DNA of 64,000 nucleotides. It comes from Candidatus Sysuiplasmataceae archaeon (GTDB lineage: Archaea; Thermoplasmatota; Thermoplasmata; Sysuiplasmatales; Sysuiplasmataceae). The position numbers were made by a program, and so were the translations under genes. Position 1 is the first letter of the stretch; the number at the start of each line of letters is the position of its first letter. Below the pieces are notes generated by a model that saw nothing but the letters and a program-made list of their open reading frames with translations, was not told the DNA's origin and did not search any database. Of the stretch, positions 57,275 through 64,000 are shown one piece after another. The stretch is from assembly GCA_046706185.1 (NCBI GenBank), contig JBJKPR010000002.1:31433-95432 (forward strand), given 5' to 3'.

Positions 57275-57730
57275 ATGGAATCGACAAACAAGGAACTGAC
57301 AAAGATAGCGGATCTGACGCCCGAGTCAAAGAGCGTCAATGTGATAGCAAAAGTCTTATCTGTCGGAGAAGCAAAGGAAATCCCTTCCAGGTTCGGACCT
57401 TCAAGGAAGGTCGCGGAAGTGCCCATAGCGGATGACACAGGAACTGTTGTCCTGAGCCTCTGGCAGGACCAGATCGGGACTGTCGGCGAGGGAGAAACAA
57501 TCCAGATTGAAAATGGATACGTTTCACTTGTTAAGGGTCACATAAGGGTCAATGTCGGAAAATACGGCAAAATAGCCAAGAGCGAGGTTGACGTAAGCGA
57601 GCCGAACACAGGCACCAATGTCAGCGACAAGGAATACGAGATGCCCGAGAGGCGCCCGTACCGTGGCGGTGGCGGAGACAGGGACAGGAGAAGGTCGTTC
57701 GGCGGACGCGGTGGCGACAGAAGGTTCTGA
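57275..57730 (+). CDS. ssb: single-stranded DNA-binding protein (single OB fold, RGG/RD-rich C-terminal tail)
   Basis: OB-fold region (VNVIAKVLSVGE...GTVVLSLWQDQ) and flexible tail RRPYRGGGGDRDRRRSFGGRGGDRRF, as in crenarchaeal and Thermoplasma-type SSBs. Confidence 0.7.
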   Translation: MESTNKELTKIADLTPESKSVNVIAKVLSVGEAKEIPSRFGPSRKVAEVPIADDTGTVVLSLWQDQIGTVGEGETIQIENGYVSLVKGHIRVNVGKYGKIAKSEVDVSEPNTGTNVSDKEYEMPERRPYRGGGGDRDRRRSFGGRGGDRRF

Positions 57731-57875
57731 AGTACCGCGAAGAAGACTGGCTCCCAAACCACTTACCATCGCAGTCCTTTCGGCCTGCGATTGTTTTAAA
57801 TTTTGCCCGCGGTCGTTATGTTTTTACAGTCACAAAGTGCATGTTAAATATCAGTAAAGTTTACTGGGAAAATGC

Positions 57876-57964
57876 GCCGCAGTAACTCAGACTGGGAGAG
57901 TGTGAGACTGAAGTGTTTACTCACGGATATCTCAAAGTCGCCGGTTCAAATCCGGTCTGCGGCA
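57876..57964 (+). tRNA. tRNA-Phe (anticodon GAA) with a 15-nt intron between positions 37 and 38
   Basis: Manual fold: acceptor GCCGCAG/CUGCGGC, D arm ACUC-AGACUGGGA-GAGU, anticodon stem UGAGA/UCUCA with loop CUGAAG..A, T arm GCCGG-UUCAAAU-CCGGU, discriminator A. CCA is not encoded. Confidence 0.85.
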
Positions 57965-57986
57965 TTGCCATGGAGGGCAACTCTGT

Positions 57987-58472
57987 TCAGCTCTCGTCAA
58001 GGTGCCTTCCGTAGACACTGACCAGGTTTCTGTAGCCAAGACCCTTGTAGAAGCCGAGTGCTATCAGATTTGATGACGGGAATTCTGCGGAGACCATGGT
58101 GATGTTCCTTTTCCTCAGCTCCCTGTAGAGCTCGGTTATGAGCTTTCTCCCGAGCATCTTTCTCCTGAATTCGGGCATTACGTAGAATTCGGTGATCCTC
58201 GCCTCCTGCCTCGGAAGGTAGTATATCCTGTCGTGCACATCCGCCTTCACTATCCCCACTGCTTTTCCATCTGCCTCCGCGACGAGGAGAATGTGTTTCT
58301 TCTCCTGTTTTATCGCTTCGTTAAGGGAATCCCTCACCTCTTCGGCAGGAGGATCTGCAACCTGGAAAGTAGGATCAAATTCCTGGTTAAGCCTCTTGAG
58401 CCTGCGTATCATGTCGATGACCAGTGTCACGTCGCTTTCCTTCATCTTTCTGACTTCAGTTTCCTCATTCAT
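57987..58472 (-). CDS. GNAT family N-acetyltransferase
   Basis: RRKMLGRKL acetyl-CoA binding motif and GNAT fold length. Confidence 0.7.
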   Translation of the reverse strand: MNEETEVRKMKESDVTLVIDMIRRLKRLNQEFDPTFQVADPPAEEVRDSLNEAIKQEKKHILLVAEADGKAVGIVKADVHDRIYYLPRQEARITEFYVMPEFRRKMLGRKLITELYRELRKRNITMVSAEFPSSNLIALGFYKGLGYRNLVSVYGRHLDES

Positions 58473-59832
58473 TTTCCCCGCCTCCCGGCAAATCTTTTAT
58501 GTACTTCTCCTCAAGCATCCGCCTGTACATGTTCCTGTTCTCATCTATTATCTCGAAGGCTGTCTTGTAGAAACTCTCCTTTGAGCCGGTCTTCCTGGCC
58601 ATTCCCAGTTCGGATGCTTTGGCGGCAACCGCTGAGGCGACGCTTGGGTACAGTTCCCACTCCTCCATCGTCGGGACTATCCTCTCGGGACCCGGCTCCT
58701 TGACGAAGTTGGCTATCTCGGCCGACGCCGCTATCATTATGTCGATGCTTACACCGGTCGCCCTGGCATCAAGCGCCCCCCTGAAGACGCCCGGAAAGAC
58801 GAGACTGTTGTTAATCTGGTTGGGGAAATCACTTCTGCCGGTTGCCACGACGGCAGCCCCCGCCTCAAGGGCGAGCCTGGGCCATATTTCAGGCACAGGG
58901 TTTGCAAGCGCGAATATCACTCCCTTGCTGTTCATTGACTTCACCCATTCCTCCTTGATGGTTCCGGGCCCCTGTTTGGAGGCGGAGAGCACAACGTCGG
59001 CGCCATTGAATGCTTTGCTTGCATCCCCCTTCACCCTTTCGGCATTTGTTGAAAGTGCAAGCTCGTACTTCCAAGGATTGTTGATCATCATGCTGTCCAG
59101 GTCACTTCTCTCGTTGTCGATTATTCCCTTCGAATCGACCATTATCACATTACCGGACTTTGCTCCTGCCGCGATTATGAGCTTTGCAGTGGCTATGTTG
59201 GCGGCACCGGAGCCCATCAGCACTACCCTGGCGTCGGACATCTTCTTCCCAACCACCCTGAGCGCGTTCATCATGCCTGCAAGCGTTATGCATGCTGTGC
59301 CCAGCTGATCGTCGTGCCAGGCAGGTATGCTCAGAGACTGCTGAAGCTTCTCCTGTATGTAGAAGCATTTTGGCGATTCAATATCCTCGAGATTGAACCC
59401 GCCAAACGAGGGCTCAAGCGCCATTGCAACCGATATGAACTGTTCCCTGTCCTCGACTCTAACAGGTATCGGTATTGCATTCACTGCTCCAAGGTAGTTG
59501 AATATGAGCGCTTTCCCCTCCATGACTGCCATCGCTGCCTCGGGGCCCACATTTCCAAGGCCAAGGACGCGCGTGCCATCCGTGAGTATTGCTATGCTGT
59601 TCCATCTTCCAGTGAGCTCGAAGGAAAGGTCCCTCTCCTTTGCGATCTCTGTCGAAACAGCAGCGACTCCTGGTGTATACCAGATGGAGAAATCATTGAG
59701 CTTTCTGACAGGCACCTTCGGAAATGTATTTACCTTTCCCTTGTAGAAACGGGAGTACTTCAACGCCAGTTCCTTGAACCTCTCTGTCCTCTGTGATTCG
59801 CTATCCTTGCCGTCTTTATCGTGTTCGAGCAT
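58465..59832 (-). CDS. NAD(P)-dependent malic enzyme
   Basis: Malic-enzyme motifs (FNDDQ-like HDDQLGTA, GSGAANIA NAD-binding) and N-terminal dimerisation domain. Confidence 0.85.
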   Translation of the reverse strand: MLEHDKDGKDSESQRTERFKELALKYSRFYKGKVNTFPKVPVRKLNDFSIWYTPGVAAVSTEIAKERDLSFELTGRWNSIAILTDGTRVLGLGNVGPEAAMAVMEGKALIFNYLGAVNAIPIPVRVEDREQFISVAMALEPSFGGFNLEDIESPKCFYIQEKLQQSLSIPAWHDDQLGTACITLAGMMNALRVVGKKMSDARVVLMGSGAANIATAKLIIAAGAKSGNVIMVDSKGIIDNERSDLDSMMINNPWKYELALSTNAERVKGDASKAFNGADVVLSASKQGPGTIKEEWVKSMNSKGVIFALANPVPEIWPRLALEAGAAVVATGRSDFPNQINNSLVFPGVFRGALDARATGVSIDIMIAASAEIANFVKEPGPERIVPTMEEWELYPSVASAVAAKASELGMARKTGSKESFYKTAFEIIDENRNMYRRMLEEKYIKDLPGGGENE

Positions 59833-59919
59833 TTCTCATCACCAAGCTTAATGCACTGACGGACACCGGCAGGCGTCCGTCGTGTAATCGAAAAAGGAAG
59901 GGGAAGTGAAGCATTGCCG

Positions 59920-60498
59920 TCACCCGAAGAGAAGCTCCTTGATATTGCATGTCACCGATTCCCAGTAACTTTCAGCAAGCGACTCAAGCGTGTAATCCAG
60001 AAGCACAGTTCCGTCGCCAGATTCCGCAATAAGGCCCCCCGAGGCGTGAAGGTCAGCAACAACTTTGAACCCTGGAATTGAGAGTGCAGCGGATGTGTCC
60101 TCCTTCCTGACATGCAGTATTCCCACGCCGAGGTCTGAGACGGCGCCTTCTATGAGCATGGACGCCCATTCCCTTTTCCTGTCGTCGTCCGAATTTTTTA
60201 CCATTGAGATGAACTTCTCCTTGAGGAGAGAGAGGCTCTCCGTATGAACTTTTTCCAATTCAGCCGCCTCCGCCATGTCCGTCTTTATCTCCGAGGCCTT
60301 CCTCATCCGCTCTATCTCCTCATAGAGTTTGCGGCCGTATTCGGCCCTCATTCTTTCAATATACGCTGCAGCAGATGCTTCTATCGCCTGGCCCTCTGCA
60401 TTTGCCTCCATGACGATCCTGCCCGCTGCCTCGGATGCTTTTTCTGCTATCTCGTCAACCTTTCTCTTCGGTGGAACACCGATTTGCGGGCTCTTCAA
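59920..60498 (-). CDS. atpE: A/V-type ATP synthase subunit E-like protein
   Basis: Coiled N-terminal half and C-terminal globular domain GGLIAESGDGTVLLDYTLESL...IKELLFG, matching the subunit E family terminus. Confidence 0.65.
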   Translation of the reverse strand: MKSPQIGVPPKRKVDEIAEKASEAAGRIVMEANAEGQAIEASAAAYIERMRAEYGRKLYEEIERMRKASEIKTDMAEAAELEKVHTESLSLLKEKFISMVKNSDDDRKREWASMLIEGAVSDLGVGILHVRKEDTSAALSIPGFKVVADLHASGGLIAESGDGTVLLDYTLESLAESYWESVTCNIKELLFG

Positions 60499-60510
60499 CG
60501 GCGATACACC

Positions 60511-60867
60511 TCAGGAAACGACGATTGCCTTGTGTTGAGAGAGTGCTGCCAAAAACCTGTCAAAACCGCCATTCAGATAGGTGGCGGCACCATCCATCCT
60601 GCCTGTTGCCCTGTCGTGCATCTCTCTTGATTTCCTCCTCAGTTCAGCAGTTTCCCTTTGACTGCAGAGGGAGAGTTCGTCCCTTATCCCGGCGAGTAGC
60701 TGATGATTTGATTCCATGATCTCCTTTCTTGCTTCCCTGATCCTGCGTGCGGCCTCGTTCTTTGAGTTCTGCCTTATCCTCATTGCCTCGAGCTCTGCAG
60801 CCCCTATAAGCAGTGCCGCCTTTGCCCTTGCCTCACGTATGGTGGAGCCGGGAGCCTCTATCAGCAT
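60511..60867 (-). CDS. A/V-type ATP synthase subunit H/G-like coiled-coil protein (tentative)
   Basis: About 118 aa, Ala/Arg/Glu-rich helical repeats (EARAKAALLIGAAELEAMRIR...EARKEI) like the peripheral-stalk H subunit. Lies directly upstream of the E-like gene. Confidence 0.3.
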   Translation of the reverse strand: MLIEAPGSTIREARAKAALLIGAAELEAMRIRQNSKNEAARRIREARKEIMESNHQLLAGIRDELSLCSQRETAELRRKSREMHDRATGRMDGAATYLNGGFDRFLAALSQHKAIVVS

Positions 60868-60981
60868 TGATATCGGTTTTATTGATAGGATGGAAATTAC
60901 AAGAATAGACAGCTTCACATGTGAAGTGTGCGCTTTTTAAACATCCGGGTGTGGGAAGCATGTGCCGGACAGCCCTGTTGA

Positions 60982-61728
60982 TTACCGCGCAAGCTTCATT
61001 ACAAACTGTCTTGCCTGTTCGTACTCTGGCATTGCAAGAACCTCGGGCCTTTCATATTCAACTATCCTGCCGTTGTACAGCAGCTCTATGGAGTCTGATA
61101 CCCTGTTTGCCTGGTCAATGTCGTGAGTGACGAGCACGACGGTGTACTCATCCCTGAGCCTCAGCATGAGTTCCTCTATCTTCGACTTGGCAACAGGATC
61201 CAGGGAGGACGTGGGCTCATCCATCATCAGCACCTCCGGCTGGACAGCAAGCGCCCTCGCTATGCAGAGCCGCTGCTGCTGACCCCCTGAGAGTTCAAGT
61301 GCATTCTTGTCCAGGTTCCCGCTTACCTCGTTGTAGAGTCCTGCATGCCTGAGGCTCTCCTCCACTACCGAGTCGAGTTCGGCCTTGTTCAGGGTAAGGT
61401 GCAATTTCGGACCAAATGCGACGTTATCGTAGACTGACATCGGAAAAGGGTTCGGTTTCTGGAAGACAAGCCCGACTTTTCGCCTGAGTTCCATCACATT
61501 GTAGTCACGGACGCTCTTGTCATGGAAGAGCACTTCACCGTTCGTCTTCAATTTGGGATAGAGGTCTGTCAACCTGTTGAATGTTCTTATCAACGTACTC
61601 TTTCCGCTTCCCGAAGGTCCGACGATTGTGTTTATGGCGTTTTCGGTGATCGCCAGACTTACACTGCTGAGTATCCGCTGACTGCCTGAAGTCACATTCA
61701 GATTCCTTGCTTCAATTATGCCTGCCAA
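60982..61728 (-). CDS. pstB: phosphate ABC transporter ATP-binding protein
   Basis: Walker A GPSGSGKST, signature LSGGQQQR, and PstB-specific N-terminal region. Confidence 0.9.
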   Translation of the reverse strand: MAGIIEARNLNVTSGSQRILSSVSLAITENAINTIVGPSGSGKSTLIRTFNRLTDLYPKLKTNGEVLFHDKSVRDYNVMELRRKVGLVFQKPNPFPMSVYDNVAFGPKLHLTLNKAELDSVVEESLRHAGLYNEVSGNLDKNALELSGGQQQRLCIARALAVQPEVLMMDEPTSSLDPVAKSKIEELMLRLRDEYTVVLVTHDIDQANRVSDSIELLYNGRIVEYERPEVLAMPEYEQARQFVMKLAR

Positions 61729-61733
61729 TTAAT

Positions 61734-62615
61734 TCACCTGCTTTTTCCGATGTATTTTGAAAGGAGCAATAGGAAGAATATCGATGCCACGAGTATCAGG
61801 GCTGCCGAGTAGGCAAGCGCATGCGCATACGCGGTTGGCTGGTTGAGGCTGTACCATACGACATATGTCAGGTAGGCCACCGGCTGCTGTGTGAAGGAAG
61901 TGGTATAGCCGTTATTGAACAACGCTGTGTAAAGCAACTGTGCGGTCTCGCCCGCCGCAATGCTGACGGCCAGGAGGACAGCAGTCAGTATACCGGTCTT
62001 TGCCTGCCTCAGCAGCAGCCTGAATGATACCTGCATGCTGTCTGCACCCAGGGCGAACGCGGCCTCCCTTGTCTCCCGTGGAATGTTCGTGTATGAAATC
62101 TCAGAGATGCGCATTATATATGGTATCATCATCACGCCGAGGGTAATGCCGCCCGCAAGGAGGGAGTATCCCATGTTCAGCTCAATGACAAGCACGAGAT
62201 AGCCAAACAGGCCAAGCACGATCGAGGGTATGCTTGTGAGGACATCGACGAAGAGTCTCAGGACACCGCCCGTGTTTCTAGTGCTGTACTCGGAAAGGTA
62301 GAGGGCTCCAAAAACACCAACGGGAAGGGCGATGAGCAGGCCCATCCCGACAAGCTCCCATGTGCCTGCTATGGCGTTTGCAAGCCCGCCCGAAGACGTG
62401 TTGCCAACAGTCACAAACATGTTGAATGATATGCTGCCAAGGCCCTGAACGGCAACATCGCCGACAATGAGTAGCAGAAGACCTACCATGAATGCAAGAA
62501 CGGCATAGCCCACTATCCGCACGATAAAGTCTGAAATCGCCCTCCTGCGGTATTTAGATTCCATCATCTCGTTCATCCTGAGGGCAGTTGCATTTCGTGT
62601 TTCAGTCATTCTCAT
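61734..62615 (-). CDS. pstA: phosphate ABC transporter permease PstA
   Basis: Six TM helices with EAA-loop-like motif (EAAFALGAD). Confidence 0.85.
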   Translation of the reverse strand: MRMTETRNATALRMNEMMESKYRRRAISDFIVRIVGYAVLAFMVGLLLLIVGDVAVQGLGSISFNMFVTVGNTSSGGLANAIAGTWELVGMGLLIALPVGVFGALYLSEYSTRNTGGVLRLFVDVLTSIPSIVLGLFGYLVLVIELNMGYSLLAGGITLGVMMIPYIMRISEISYTNIPRETREAAFALGADSMQVSFRLLLRQAKTGILTAVLLAVSIAAGETAQLLYTALFNNGYTTSFTQQPVAYLTYVVWYSLNQPTAYAHALAYSAALILVASIFFLLLLSKYIGKSR

Positions 62616-63603
62616 ACCCCCTCAGTGCCGCCCTGCCGACTATCGCCCTTCCTGTAAGGTTGGCTATGAGTGAAATAACAACAAGGACGACACCGAGTTC
62701 GACAAGGGCGGAAATGTTCATCCTGGTGGCATCGATGAATGCGCTGTCAAGCGCAGCTGCAATCTGGGCGGACATCGTGTTTGTAAGAGAGAATATGCTT
62801 GTGGGCAGCACGTTCACAATTGCGCCGCTGACCATGAGCACTGCCATTGTCTCTCCCAGTGCCCTCCCTGTCCCAAGCAGCGTTCCTCCGACAATCTGCC
62901 TCTTCGTGTTCCTCAGCAGGACACTCTTCCCGACTTCCCACTTTGTCCCCCCGAGGGCATAAACGCCTTCCTTCAACTCCTTTGACTGGGAGGCCATTGA
63001 CTCAGATATCACTGCAGTCACTATCGGTATGATCATGATGCTGAGAATCAGACCCGCTGCCATGATCCCCGCGCCTGAGAAAATCTCGCCTGAGAAGCCG
63101 GGTAAGAAGGAAAGGCTGGATTTCATCCATGGCTCAATGTTGTGCAGCAGGATGGGTTCAAGGACGATGATGCCCCAGAGGCCGTAGACCACGCTTGGTA
63201 TTCCCGCAAACAGCTCTACCAGAACAGAGAAGGGCTTTCTGAGTCTCTGAGGTGTGTAAAGGTTCAGCGCAAGTGACAGGAAAATGCTTACCGGGAATGC
63301 AATGACAAGCGCAAAGGCAGTCGTGATCATTGTCCCGAGGAAGAAGCTCAGCATGCCGAATGATGATTTGTACGGGGCCAGGACCCCGTGGACAACCACG
63401 GGGTCCTGATAGAGCATGCCCGGGTTCCAAATATAGGATGTGAAGAAGCTGAAACCCGAATATCTTATTGAAGGAATTGCGTTGTAGATGAGAAATGAGA
63501 ATAAAATCACCATGATGGCAAGAGGAACGATGGCCATCGCTAATGTAAACAGAAAGAAGAGGTTTTCCAAAGGTTTTCTTTCCTTCCAGCTCAAGGCAAT
63601 CAA
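62602..63603 (-). CDS. pstC: phosphate ABC transporter permease PstC
   Basis: Polytopic permease with EAA-like loop (AAALDSAF...GTLLGTGRALGETMAV). Overlaps pstA by 14 nt. Confidence 0.85.
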   Translation of the reverse strand: MIALSWKERKPLENLFFLFTLAMAIVPLAIMVILFSFLIYNAIPSIRYSGFSFFTSYIWNPGMLYQDPVVVHGVLAPYKSSFGMLSFFLGTMITTAFALVIAFPVSIFLSLALNLYTPQRLRKPFSVLVELFAGIPSVVYGLWGIIVLEPILLHNIEPWMKSSLSFLPGFSGEIFSGAGIMAAGLILSIMIIPIVTAVISESMASQSKELKEGVYALGGTKWEVGKSVLLRNTKRQIVGGTLLGTGRALGETMAVLMVSGAIVNVLPTSIFSLTNTMSAQIAAALDSAFIDATRMNISALVELGVVLVVISLIANLTGRAIVGRAALRGYEND

Positions 63604-64000
63604 CCTGATATCTTGTTTATCAGCGGCGTGACTATCTGGGTGACGACCGCGGACGGCAGAGGCGCCAGGTTCAGTGACGAGAGATACTTGCTCTGGCTAC
63701 CGCCGGAGGTTGAGTCTACCGCCCATTTCAGGAAGCTGACGAGTGCAGTTGCTGTGGCCGTGTCTGGCTGCACCTGTTTGACGATCAGGTACTCGAGGTC
63801 CACAATCGGGTAGGATGTGTTGCCCGGAGCGAACTGTATTGCAAGCCTTCCATCGGCAGGTATCTGGCTAAGGTACTGATTTGCAGCCGCCATTACAGTT
63901 GACTGGCTCATCGTCACGAATTTGCCTGCCTGGTTCTGCAGTGCAGCTATTCCAAAGCCTGCGGAGTGTATCTGTGCCTCGTATGTGGTCGCTATGTAAC
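63600..64000 (-). CDS. pstS: phosphate-binding protein PstS, C-terminal part (5' end outside window)
   Basis: ORF runs to the window edge and its stop overlaps the pstC start. Operon context. The weak motif YLIVKQ resembles the PstS C-terminus. Confidence 0.55.
   Translation of the reverse strand, partial: YIATTYEAQIHSAGFGIAALQNQAGKFVTMSQSTVMAAANQYLSQIPADGRLAIQFAPGNTSYPIVDLEYLIVKQVQPDTATATALVSFLKWAVDSTSGGSQSKYLSSLNLAPLPSAVVTQIVTPLINKISG

Noticed and set aside
58619-59308. 229-aa ORF on the plus strand
   Set aside because: Antisense to the malic enzyme gene. Low-complexity Ser/Ala/Leu composition.
1-64000. CRISPR arrays, transposases, integrases, or phage or defence islands
   Set aside because: No direct-repeat/spacer periodicity, no DDE/HUH/tyrosine-recombinase motifs, and no Cas-like proteins were seen. 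The window looks like core chromosome.

Overview
Archaeal chromosomal segment of about 55% GC. The archaeal assignment rests on TFB, Orc1/Cdc6, CDC48, ribosomal protein L10e, an SSB with an RGG tail, a split two-subunit GMP synthase, an intron-containing tRNA and archaeal-type GAPDH/PGK. Genes are densely packed and most end in TGA. Recognisable content: (1) a lysine-biosynthesis operon dapA-dapB-lysA-dapL (DapL aminotransferase route); (2) GMP synthase subunits A and B on opposite strands, separated by about 5 kb that carry SAM-cycle genes (AhcY plus a PfkB kinase) and an orphan beta-class DNA methyltransferase with an uncharacterised C-terminal domain; (3) a 1122-aa multi-GAF protein directly upstream of orc1/cdc6, followed by gcvT and asnS; (4) a surface/glycan cluster with a sequon-rich membrane-anchored FKBP, GT4-DedA-GT4, and more distally gmhA with an SQD1-like UDP-sulfoquinovose synthase; (5) tfb, a PfkB kinase, a threonyl-tRNA synthetase interrupted by one in-frame TAA, an SDR, a ThiI-like PP-loop protein, ftsZ, an ArsR regulator with a beta-helix repeat protein, L10e, gap-pgk, and a phosphoribosyltransferase-winged-helix fusion; (6) an operon of two Opp-type ABC ATPases with no permease followed by a C39-like peptidase; (7) CDC48, a zinc-ribbon/coiled-coil/KaiC-like protein with a degenerate Walker A, SSB, tRNA-Phe(GAA) with a 15-nt intron, malic enzyme, a stand-alone A-ATPase H/E-like pair, and pstSCAB. 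No CRISPR array, transposase or integrase was seen. The candidates I judge most worth follow-up are the giant GAF-only protein next to orc1, the KaiC-like coiled-coil protein, the permease-less ABC-ATPase/C39 operon, the split thrS, and two ORF-free GC-rich regions that may encode structured RNAs.
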